Shown: one piece after another, positions 27,100 through 35,288 of the stretch | Position numbering within the stretch: the stretch's first letter is position 1 | Layout of the letters: every line of letters starts with the position of its first letter | Origin: Deltaproteobacteria bacterium | Lineage (GTDB): Bacteria; Desulfobacterota; Desulfobacteria; Desulfobacterales; BuS5 | Direction: 5' to 3' | Assembly (NCBI GenBank): GCA_021157555.1 | Contig: JAGGWL010000357.1 | Coordinates: 1-35,288 of the forward strand | Length of the DNA: 35,288 nt | Program-made: the position numbers and the translations under genes | Notes under the pieces: model-generated | What the model saw: the letters and a program-made list of their open reading frames with translations, nothing else | Databases searched by the model: none | What the model was told of the DNA's origin: nothing

Positions 27100-28050
27100 A
27101 TGGATAACCTTATGAATGAAATGGTATTATTTACCGGAAACTCAAATCCGGGGTTAGCAAAAAAGATATCGGCTTATATTGATAAACCTCTTGGTTCCGC
27201 AAAGGTAGAAACCTTCTCCGATGGAGAGATTCAGATTGAAATTCAGGAAAATGTAAGGGGAAAAGATGTTTTTTTACTTCAGTCTACCTGCACTCCTGTA
27301 AATAACAATTTGGTAGAACTACTGCTCATGCTGGATGCTTTAAAGCGTGCTTCAGCCAGCAGGATTACAGCCGTAATACCTTATTACGGATATGCACGCC
27401 AGGATAAAAAAGTAGCTCCGCGGGTACCTATCAGCGCAAAATTAATAGCAGACCTGGTAGCTGCTGCAGGTGCCACAAGGGTAATCACGATGGATTTGCA
27501 TGCAGGCCAGATTCAGGGTTTTTTCAATATTCCGGTTGACAATCTTTATGCTGCTCCTGTTATTATTGAATATGTAAAAAAGAATTTTGATCATGATCTT
27601 GTAATTGTTTCACCTGATGCAGGAGGCGCTGAAAGGGCAAGGGCTTTTGCCAAACGGCTCAAAGCAGGTCTGGCAGTTATTGACAAACGAAGAAGTGCTC
27701 CCAACCAGGCTAAAGCCATGGCGGTTATTGGTGATGTAAAGGGAAAAATAACAGTAATTCTTGATGATATGGTTGATACTGCAGGTACATTAACAGAAGC
27801 TGCGGCAGCATTGAATACAAACGGAGCTTGTGAGGTTCATGCCTGCTGTTCTCATTCTGTCCTGTCAGGTCCGGCTATTCAGCGTATTAATGATTCGGTC
27901 TTAAAAAGCCTTTTAATAACCGATACAATTCCGCTAAGTAAAAACGCAGCAGAGTGTGACAAAATCAAGATTCTTAGTATAGCAGACCTGGTCGGAGAAG
28001 CGATAATCCGATGTCATAACGGAGATTCCGTAACTTCTCTTTTTGTTTAA
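27100..28050 (+). CDS. prs: Ribose-phosphate pyrophosphokinase
   Basis: [41 protein letters not shown]. Confidence 0.97.
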   Translation: MDNLMNEMVLFTGNSNPGLAKKISAYIDKPLGSAKVETFSDGEIQIEIQENVRGKDVFLLQSTCTPVNNNLVELLLMLDALKRASASRITAVIPYYGYARQDKKVAPRVPISAKLIADLVAAAGATRVITMDLHAGQIQGFFNIPVDNLYAAPVIIEYVKKNFDHDLVIVSPDAGGAERARAFAKRLKAGLAVIDKRRSAPNQAKAMAVIGDVKGKITVILDDMVDTAGTLTEAAAALNTNGACEVHACCSHSVLSGPAIQRINDSVLKSLLITDTIPLSKNAAECDKIKILSIADLVGEAIIRCHNGDSVTSLFV

Positions 28051-28068
28051 ATTTTTTTACGAATTTTG

Positions 28069-28098
28069 GAAACGAGGACTAAATAACTTCCCCGTTCC
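28069..28098. repeat. Collapsed 30-bp relic of a GGAACG-family element
   Basis: GAAACGAGGACTAAATAACTTCC fused directly to CCGTTCC, followed by TTA. Confidence 0.65.
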
Positions 28099-28124
28099 TT
28101 ATATTATTTTAGGAGGTTCTTTTT

Positions 28125-28784
28125 TTGGACTTTGTTGAATTAAAAGCAAATATTAGAAAAACATCCGGTTCAGACGTTGCCCGGAGATTGAGAGCTGCAG
28201 GGAAACTTCCTGCGGTGCTTTACGGCCAGTCAATTGACCCCACTTTGCTCTCTCTCGACATTCATGATTTTGAATTGAGCTTAAAAAAAAGCAAAAGGGG
28301 CTTTTCTCTCTATAATCTATCCATTCTGAATGGAAACAGCACTACCAGGCCTGTAATGATTAAAGAATTGCAGACCGATCCCTTAACAAGAATGTTGCTG
28401 CATGTTGATTTTTATGAAATCTCAATGGATCGCAAAATCAAGGTCAACATTCCAGTTGTTCCAACAGGCAAATCAAAAGGTGCGGAACTTGGAGGGATTT
28501 TGCAGGTAATCAGGCGTGAGCTTGAGGTCTTTTGTTTTCCGAACGAAATTCCCGAATGCATTGAAATAGATGTAACAGATCTTGATATAGGTAATTCAGT
28601 ACATGTTGAAGATATTTCTCTGGATGGAAATATTGAAATTCCGGCGGAAGTAAATTTTACAGTTATTACCGTCATAGGAGCAAAGGCTGATGAAGAAATA
28701 GAAGAAGAGGCCGAAGAAGGCGAGGAAGGCGAGGAAGAAGGGGCCGAAAAAGGTGATACTTCTGAAAGCCCTGGAAAGGATTAA
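28125..28784 (+). CDS. rplY: 50S ribosomal protein L25/Ctc
   Basis: RRLRAAGKLPAVLYG, LLHVDFY, acidic tail; AGGAGG RBS with TTG start. Confidence 0.95.
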   Translation: MDFVELKANIRKTSGSDVARRLRAAGKLPAVLYGQSIDPTLLSLDIHDFELSLKKSKRGFSLYNLSILNGNSTTRPVMIKELQTDPLTRMLLHVDFYEISMDRKIKVNIPVVPTGKSKGAELGGILQVIRRELEVFCFPNEIPECIEIDVTDLDIGNSVHVEDISLDGNIEIPAEVNFTVITVIGAKADEEIEEEAEEGEEGEEEGAEKGDTSESPGKD

Positions 28785-28787
28785 TTT

Positions 28788-29375
28788 TTGCCTGATCCAC
28801 TCCATCTTGTCATCGGTCTTGGCAACCCTGGCGAACAATACAGGAAAACTCGTCATAATGCCGGATTTATGTTGATAAATGCTATTGCGGATACCTTTTC
28901 AATTGACCTTAATAAAAAAAAATTTGATACTGAATTTGGGCGAGGATATATAGAAGAAGTTGAAGTTATTTTGGCAAAACCGCAGGCATTCATGAACAGA
29001 AGCGGGCCTCCGGTTCAGAAACTGGCGGCTTATTTTAATATATCAATTCAGAATATTTTGGTCATTCATGATGATATTGACCTCAATTTAGGAAGAATAA
29101 AAATAAAAAAGAAAGGAGGGGGTGGAGGACACAATGGTGTAAAATCGCTGATCAATGCTTTAAATAGCGGTGATTTTCCAAGACTTCGGATAGGTACAGG
29201 ACGTCCCGATGAGCATACGGAAGTTATTGGCCATGTTCTCGGCAGATTTACAAATAGAGAGTCTGAAATCATGGAACGAACCCTTTTCAGAGCAAAAGAG
29301 GCGGTTGCTATAATTCTTTGTGATGGTATTAAGGAAGGAATGAACAGATTTAATGTAAATTTTATTGACTGTTAA
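28788..29375 (+). CDS. pth: Peptidyl-tRNA hydrolase
   Basis: GLGNPG, TRHNAGF, KPQAFMNRSG, HDDID, GGHNG, RLRIG. Confidence 0.96.
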   Translation: MPDPLHLVIGLGNPGEQYRKTRHNAGFMLINAIADTFSIDLNKKKFDTEFGRGYIEEVEVILAKPQAFMNRSGPPVQKLAAYFNISIQNILVIHDDIDLNLGRIKIKKKGGGGGHNGVKSLINALNSGDFPRLRIGTGRPDEHTEVIGHVLGRFTNRESEIMERTLFRAKEAVAIILCDGIKEGMNRFNVNFIDC

Positions 29376-29470
29376 GGGGCCTTTATAATTATAAATTTAG
29401 TTCAGTCATGTTTGGATGGATGGATAAAAATTATAATTTTCTCAAGGTCTCGCTTTATTGAAAATGGAGG

Positions 29471-31510
29471 ATGAATATGGAACAAATAATGGGAAATATT
29501 CCATTGATATGTACGTTTACAGGTATTGCCGGTGTTATATTTGCTTTAATTCTTGCAGGATCTGTCAAAGCTGCTCCGGCAGGAGACGCAAAAATGAACG
29601 AAATTGCTGATGCCATCAAGGCAGGAGCGATTGCTTATCTTAACAGACAACTGAAAAGTATGGGTACTGTGGGCCTGATCATAGCCGCCATACTCTTTTT
29701 TGCGCCAGGCTATGGCGCCTGGGCTACTCTGGGCTTTCTCATAGGCGCGGTAGCTTCCTATTTCGCAGGTTATATCGGCATGCGTGTTTCAGTTATTGCT
29801 AATGTAAGAACAGCAGAAGCATGCAAAAACGGTCTTAATGCAGGTCTCAAGCTGGCTTTCAGAGGTGGTTCTGTTACCGGAATGATAGTTGCCGGTCTTG
29901 CTTTAACTTCATGTGCCGGCCTTTATACCCTCTTAACTTATCAGGGTGTTGAGAGCGGACATATTACAATTTCGCTGATATCGCTTGGATTTGGCGGCAG
30001 CTTGATTTCAATTTTTGCACGCCTGGGTGGTGGTATTTTTACAAAAGGCGCAGATGTTGGTGCAGATTTGGTTGGCAAGATTGAAGCAGGAATTCCCGAG
30101 GATGATCCCAGAAATCCTGCAACAATTGCCGATAATGTTGGTGACAATGTGGGTGACTGCGCGGGAATGGCTGCTGATCTTTTTGAAACATACGCAGTTA
30201 CTACTGTTGCTGCCATGGTGCTTGCGAATCTTCTTTTTCCAAAAAACACTACAGCCCTGGTTTATCCGCTGGTACTCGGAGCAGTCTCAATTATTGCATG
30301 TGCAATCTCAGTCTTTTTTGTTAAACTTAAAGAAGGCGATACTTACATCATGGGCGCTCTTTACAAGGGGATGTTTGGCTCTGCAATTCTGGCAGGAATA
30401 GCTTTTTTACCTGTAACAAAAAACATGATGGCCGATATCCCTGGTATTTCAGCCATGAGTCTTTATTATTCATGCCTTGTTGGTTTGGTTTTAACCGTTG
30501 TAATAGTTATTATTACTGAATATTATACAGGTCTTCGTAAACCGGTTAAAGATATAGCCGAAGCTTCAACAACCGGCCATGGTACCAATATGATCGCTGG
30601 CCTGGCTGTCAGCATGCAGTCTACTGCTCTGCCTGTGCTTGCTATTTGTCTTGCCATTCTTGTTTCCAGCCATTTTGCAGGACTGTATGGTATTGCTATT
30701 GCGGCTGTTGCAATGCTTTCTATGACAGGTATGGTTATTGCTATTGATGCTTATGGTCCTATTACTGATAATGCCGGTGGAATTGCCGAAATGGCTGGAA
30801 TGGATGAGTCTGTTCGCGCTATAACCGATCCTTTGGATGCGGTTGGTAATACTACCAAGGCAGTTACAAAAGGTTATGCAATTGGTTCTGCAGCTTTGGC
30901 AGCACTGGTTCTTTTCTCTGCATACACTCAGGAATTTAAACACCTCGGTAAAGCACTTGAGTTTGATTTATCTGATGTAAATGTTTTGGTTGGACTCTTC
31001 ATCGGCGGACTGCTTCCCTATCTTTTTGGCTCTTTTGCAATGAAGGCCGTTGGAAAAGCAGGTCATGCTGTTGTTAAAGAAGTTAGACGTCAGTTTGCTG
31101 AAATTCCTGGAATTATGGAAGGAACTGCTAAACCTGATTATGCTGCCTGCGTTGATATTGTAACCAAATTTGCGCTTTCAGAAATGATGATACCTGCGCT
31201 TCTGCCTGTTATAACGCCGATTGTAATAGGCTTTTGTCTAGGCCCTGTAGCTCTTGGCGGAGTCCTTATTGGAAGTATTGTTACTGGTATTTTTGTAGGT
31301 ATTTCCATGACAACCGGTGGAGCAGCCTGGGATAATGCCAAAAAATATATTGAAGACGGTAATCTGGGCGGCAAAGGTAGTGATGCCCATAAAGCTGCTG
31401 TAACAGGCGATACCGTTGGTGATCCTTACAAGGATACAGCAGGTCCCGCAATTAATCCGATGATTAAAATTCTAAATGTTGTCGCTCTTTTGCTGGTACC
31501 GTTCTTATAA
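29471..31510 (+). CDS. hppA: Membrane-integral pyrophosphatase, predicted K+-independent H+ pump
   Basis: [45 protein letters not shown]; GNTTKA carries the Lys determinant. Confidence 0.93.
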   Translation: MNMEQIMGNIPLICTFTGIAGVIFALILAGSVKAAPAGDAKMNEIADAIKAGAIAYLNRQLKSMGTVGLIIAAILFFAPGYGAWATLGFLIGAVASYFAGYIGMRVSVIANVRTAEACKNGLNAGLKLAFRGGSVTGMIVAGLALTSCAGLYTLLTYQGVESGHITISLISLGFGGSLISIFARLGGGIFTKGADVGADLVGKIEAGIPEDDPRNPATIADNVGDNVGDCAGMAADLFETYAVTTVAAMVLANLLFPKNTTALVYPLVLGAVSIIACAISVFFVKLKEGDTYIMGALYKGMFGSAILAGIAFLPVTKNMMADIPGISAMSLYYSCLVGLVLTVVIVIITEYYTGLRKPVKDIAEASTTGHGTNMIAGLAVSMQSTALPVLAICLAILVSSHFAGLYGIAIAAVAMLSMTGMVIAIDAYGPITDNAGGIAEMAGMDESVRAITDPLDAVGNTTKAVTKGYAIGSAALAALVLFSAYTQEFKHLGKALEFDLSDVNVLVGLFIGGLLPYLFGSFAMKAVGKAGHAVVKEVRRQFAEIPGIMEGTAKPDYAACVDIVTKFALSEMMIPALLPVITPIVIGFCLGPVALGGVLIGSIVTGIFVGISMTTGGAAWDNAKKYIEDGNLGGKGSDAHKAAVTGDTVGDPYKDTAGPAINPMIKILNVVALLLVPFL

Positions 31511-31539
31511 AAAAGATTTAACTTTTTAGTAATATCAAG

Positions 31540-31573
31540 AGGATTGGCCCTTCTCAGGGTCAATCCTTTTTTT
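31540..31573 (+). terminator. Intrinsic terminator after hppA
   Basis: AGGATTGGCCCT-TCTC-AGGGTCAATCCT plus T tract. Confidence 0.85.
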
Positions 31574-31622
31574 ATTGATTATCTAACTAATTTATGATAA
31601 TTTCTAAAAAAAAAATAAATCA

Positions 31623-31670
31623 GGAACATAGGTAGTCGCATAAATCTGGAATTTATTTCGTCCCCGTTCC
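31623..31670. repeat. Internally deleted GGAACG-family element
   Basis: GGAAC...GGAATTTATTTCGTCCCCGTTCC flanked by TCA on both sides. Confidence 0.7.
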
Positions 31671-31717
31671 TCATCAGCAATGGAATTTTCTCCCAGTTCC
31701 TAAAGAGACTTATATTT

Positions 31718-32308
31718 ATGGAAATCAAAGTAATAAAAAAACAGACCAAAAAAAATACCAATAATGTACGCAAATTCAAAGTCGGTGATCTGGCTGTATA
31801 TCCTGCGCATGGAGTCGGACGAATAGAGGCAATTGAAGAAAAGTTCATCAATGGAGAGCATCATGATTTTTATATATTAAAAGTCATAGAAAACGGAATG
31901 GTCATAATGATACCGACCTGGAATGTTGACCAGGTTGGGCTAAGAAATGTTGTCGATCCTGATGATATACAAAAAATATATGATATTATAGACAAAGAAC
32001 TTCCTGTTGTTGTAGACAAGCAGACATGGAATCGCCGTTATAAGGAATATATGGACAAAATCAAAACCGGCTCTATTTATGATGTTGCAGAAGTATTCCG
32101 TGATCTATATCATCTTAAACTTACCAAAGACCTTTCCTTTGGCGAACGGAAACTGTTTGATACTGCCAAAATTCTTCTGATAACAGAGCTGTCAACTTCA
32201 AAAAATGTAGATGAGGCTGAAATCAAATCCGATATAAAATCCATTTTTAAAAAAATCTCTGATGAAGAATCATCAAACATGTCCGATCAAGATTCTGCTA
32301 TAGAATAA
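31718..32308 (+). CDS. CarD/CdnL family transcription factor
   Basis: FKVGDLAVYPAHGVGRI, WNRRY, LSFGERK. Confidence 0.93.
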   Translation: MEIKVIKKQTKKNTNNVRKFKVGDLAVYPAHGVGRIEAIEEKFINGEHHDFYILKVIENGMVIMIPTWNVDQVGLRNVVDPDDIQKIYDIIDKELPVVVDKQTWNRRYKEYMDKIKTGSIYDVAEVFRDLYHLKLTKDLSFGERKLFDTAKILLITELSTSKNVDEAEIKSDIKSIFKKISDEESSNMSDQDSAIE

Positions 32309-33294
32309 TGCATACTCCTGGCGTTTTTTGCTTTAAGGTAGCTAAAAAAGATACCGGAAAACGCCTCGACCGCGTCATTGCATCTTCCCTTCCTGAGTAT
32401 TCCCGTACTCTTATAACAAATCATATTCGAAATGGATCCATACTTGTTGTTGAGAAACAAAGAAAGCCAGGATACAGGGTATCTGCCGGTGAAGAAATCA
32501 ACGGAAAAATTAACCCCCAGGAAGCCTTGGCATGCACTCCTGAAGCAATTGATATAGATATTCTTTTTGAGGACATGGATATTATTGTAGTAAATAAACC
32601 CCCGGGTCTGGTAGTCCATCCTGCGCCAGGGCACTATACCGGCACGCTTGTTAATGCCTTGCTTTACCATTGTCCTAAAATTATTGATACAGGCGAGCAA
32701 TTCAGACCAGGCATTGTGCACAGGCTTGATAAGGATACTTCAGGGCTATTGGTTATTGCAAAAACCCGCTTGGCCCATAACAGGCTTGCCGAGCAGTTTA
32801 AATCCAGGATAATAAAAAAAACCTATCTCGCCCTTGTATACGGCAAAATGGATACTCTATCCGGTCGTATCTCTCTTCCCATAGGCCGCCATCCAGTGCA
32901 CAGAAAAAAAATGTCAACAATCAGCAAAAAGGGCAGGCAAGCCGAAACAATCTGGAAAGTTAACGAATATTTTGAAAGCACATCCCTTATTGAAATTAAT
33001 TTAAAGACCGGCAGGACACACCAGATCCGCGTTCACACAGCGGCATCAGGACACCCTGTTGTCGGGGATCAAATATATGGTGGCAAACAAGATAAAAACT
33101 TATGCACTCTTATCGGAAAAAAAATTTCCAGACAAATGCTGCATGCCTGGAAACTATCGTTTTTGCATCCTGTAAAAAAAAAAATGGTTTTTTTCGAAGC
33201 ACCAATTCCTTCCGATATGCAACTGGTACTTGACGCGCTGCGATCAAAAGAAGGGCTCACTCAATCTCACATTCCGGGTTGTATGCCGCTGTAA
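32308..33294 (+). CDS. rluD: RluA/RluD family pseudouridine synthase
   Basis: N-terminal S4-like domain (RLD), NKPPGLVVHP, HRLDKDTSG, TGRTHQIRVH. Confidence 0.88.
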   Translation: MHTPGVFCFKVAKKDTGKRLDRVIASSLPEYSRTLITNHIRNGSILVVEKQRKPGYRVSAGEEINGKINPQEALACTPEAIDIDILFEDMDIIVVNKPPGLVVHPAPGHYTGTLVNALLYHCPKIIDTGEQFRPGIVHRLDKDTSGLLVIAKTRLAHNRLAEQFKSRIIKKTYLALVYGKMDTLSGRISLPIGRHPVHRKKMSTISKKGRQAETIWKVNEYFESTSLIEINLKTGRTHQIRVHTAASGHPVVGDQIYGGKQDKNLCTLIGKKISRQMLHAWKLSFLHPVKKKMVFFEAPIPSDMQLVLDALRSKEGLTQSHIPGCMPL

Positions 33295-33664
33295 CCCTGG
33301 TAGTAATTCCGCCTCGAGCTGTAAAGTCGCCTTCAACCTGCATATAAAACGGCTCAAGAACTTTAACCAGATCATCCAGAAGATGGTTAACCAGATGTTC
33401 GTAAAAAATTCCGACATTCCTGTACTGCAACAGATAAAATTTTAGAGATTTCAATTCTATAATTTTAGCATCGGGTTTATACCTGATTGTGATACATCCA
33501 AAATCAGGAAGCCCTGTCATGGGGCAAACAGATGTAAATTCAGGCTGCTTAATGATAATGTCGATATTTCTCTTGCCGTGATATTTATACTCTATCGCCT
33601 CAAGCAGATCAATTTTGATCTGCTCTGGACAAGCAATATTCTTTTTTGAATTAGTATTCGTCAT
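33257..33664 (-). CDS. queF: NADPH-dependent 7-cyano-7-deazaguanine reductase (short type)
   Basis: PEFTSVCPMTGLPDF, ELKSLKFYL, RGGI. Confidence 0.94.
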   Translation of the reverse strand: MTNTNSKKNIACPEQIKIDLLEAIEYKYHGKRNIDIIIKQPEFTSVCPMTGLPDFGCITIRYKPDAKIIELKSLKFYLLQYRNVGIFYEHLVNHLLDDLVKVLEPFYMQVEGDFTARGGITTRVTAAYNPECEIE

Positions 33665-33677
33665 ATTTTTTGTTAAA

Positions 33678-35288
33678 TCAGACAGAATTATCCAAAACCT
33701 CCCTGATAGCCAAGGCTATTTCATGCCTTGCAAATGGTTTCATTATTATTTTTATAATACCCGCTTCCTGCGCTTGATCGTCCGAAATATTTGAATTATA
33801 CCCTGTACACAAAATTATCGGTATTCCCGGGCTTAGAATGCTTATTTCCATGGCAAGCTCCATCCCTGTCATTTCAGGCATGGTCATATCCGTAATAACT
33901 ATGTCAAAACTATCAGGTTCAGCTTTAAATATTTTAAGAGCATCTGCTGTAGTAGATGCTGCAAGAACCTCGTAACCTAATCCCTCCAGAATTTCCTGGC
34001 CAAAAGCTATTATCTGTTTTTCATCATCTATGTAAAGGAGTTTTTCATTGCCATGAGGAATATCTTTATGTAATTCGAGTTCTTTACTTATTTCGGCATC
34101 AATTGTTGGAAAAAAAATCTGAAATGTAGTTCCTTTGCCAAGTTTACTATCAACTATTATGGAGCCTTGAGATCTTTTCACTATCCCGTGGATAACCGCC
34201 AGGCCCATGCCTGTACCTTTTCCAGGGCCTTTGGTTGTAAAAAATGGATCAAAAATTCGGTCCATTATTTCAGATTTGATCCCTTCGCCGTTATCAGAAA
34301 CAGTAAGTTTTTGATAATGACCGGCCTGCAGATCAGCATGTCTCCAAGCAGTATCCTGATCAACATCCAGTTCCTCCAGACTAACTTCCAACAGTCCTTT
34401 ATTATAAGGCATGGCATGGGCAGCATTGGTGCAAAGGTTCATCATGATCTGGTGTATTTGAGAAGAATCCGATAAAATTGAAACATTGCTGGTTTTGATG
34501 TCCATGCGAATCTCAATGGTTGTCGGCAGAGATGCTCGCAGCATCTTAAGGGCCTCTTTAACTATCGGGCTTATGCTAATCGGCATAAGTTTTTGTTTAT
34601 CCTTGTGGCTGAAAGCAAGAATCTGTTTTACAAGATCGGTTGCCCGACCGCTGGCCTTAAGCACCTGATCAAGTTTACCTCTCAGCGGATCTGCTTCAGG
34701 TATATTCAGCAGCGCCAGCTCTGTATAACCGACAATAACACCAAGAATATTATTAAAATCATGTGCTATACCGCCTGCCAAAGTGCCAATGGCCTCCATT
34801 TTCTGGGCATGCAGGAGTTGTTCTTCCAACTGTTTTTTTTCAGCGTTTTTTCTCTTTAAAGATTCATACATATTATTAAAAGCATCGGCCAGTTCTCCTA
34901 TCTCATCCTTTGTATAAACCTGAATTTTGTCAACAACCCCATCTTCACCCAAGGCCTTGACACCGCTGGTTAACTGCTTTAAAGGTTTGATAATCGACTT
35001 AAGGACAAAAAATATAAAAATGGAACCTGCCAGCCAAAAAGAAAAGCCTATCATCAGACTTTTTATACAAAGAGATACGAGCCGGTACTTCAGCATCTCC
35101 TTGCTAAGCAGCACCCTGACAAAACCGATGGTGCTTGCATTTTTATGAGGCATTTCTTTACCAAAAAACAAGGCCTCATCATTAAGAGGAGTCTCTACCG
35201 ATACTACTTTGGACCAGAATTCAACACTATTATTATGGTCCAAATAAACTGTTGTATGATGCGTTTTAATATTTTTTAAAATTTTATC
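33678..35288 (-). CDS. Hybrid sensor histidine kinase (TM-HAMP-HisKA-HATPase-REC), 5'-truncated
   Basis: [25 protein letters not shown]-box, PFFTTK/GTGMGL, receiver DMTMP; frame stays open to the window edge. Confidence 0.93.
   Translation of the reverse strand, partial: DKILKNIKTHHTTVYLDHNNSVEFWSKVVSVETPLNDEALFFGKEMPHKNASTIGFVRVLLSKEMLKYRLVSLCIKSLMIGFSFWLAGSIFIFFVLKSIIKPLKQLTSGVKALGEDGVVDKIQVYTKDEIGELADAFNNMYESLKRKNAEKKQLEEQLLHAQKMEAIGTLAGGIAHDFNNILGVIVGYTELALLNIPEADPLRGKLDQVLKASGRATDLVKQILAFSHKDKQKLMPISISPIVKEALKMLRASLPTTIEIRMDIKTSNVSILSDSSQIHQIMMNLCTNAAHAMPYNKGLLEVSLEELDVDQDTAWRHADLQAGHYQKLTVSDNGEGIKSEIMDRIFDPFFTTKGPGKGTGMGLAVIHGIVKRSQGSIIVDSKLGKGTTFQIFFPTIDAEISKELELHKDIPHGNEKLLYIDDEKQIIAFGQEILEGLGYEVLAASTTADALKIFKAEPDSFDIVITDMTMPEMTGMELAMEISILSPGIPIILCTGYNSNISDDQAQEAGIIKIIMKPFARHEIALAIREVLDNSV

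Noticed and set aside
28688-28745. GAA/GAG-rich repeats at the end of rplY
   Set aside because: Ordinary acidic tail of L25/Ctc proteins.
5684-31673. Recurring GGAACGGGGACGAAATAACTTCC as a CRISPR repeat
   Set aside because: Copies are dispersed and inverted rather than tandem with spacers; no cas genes.
2995-35148. Numerous short antisense or alternate-frame ORFs overlapping housekeeping genes
   Set aside because: Shadow ORFs with no recognisable motifs or RBS.

Overview
AT-rich bacterial chromosome segment made mostly of housekeeping genes. Gene content and protein sequences suggest Desulfobacterota (Desulfobacterales-like); this is an inference. Order on the + strand: folK, YHS protein, transaldolase, pgsA, DUF29, tRNA-Gly, tRNA-Cys, trpBA, purQ. 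Next is a minus-strand branched-chain amino acid operon (ilvD-ilvB-ilvN-ilvC-cimA-leuA) headed by an unannotated Ile/Leu/Val leader-peptide attenuator. It is followed by a secreted hypothetical protein and a tandem duplication of a small secreted protein with a sigma54-type promoter. The rest is trpEGD-mlaEFDCA-serA-DUF1844-ispE/tRNA-Gln-prs-rplY-pth-hppA-carD-rluD, then convergent queF and a truncated hybrid histidine kinase. No transposase, CRISPR array or phage gene is present. The most unusual signal is non-coding: eight miniature inverted-repeat elements or relics sit in the intergenic gaps. Three of them have different terminal repeats and different target-site duplications (TA, AAACT, TTA) yet share an internal hairpin core. 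The full-length elements fold as long hairpins whose mismatches are mostly G-U compatible on one strand only. Also notable is a tRNA-Gln gene lying entirely inside the ispE reading frame, with a consensus sigma70 promoter embedded further upstream in ispE.
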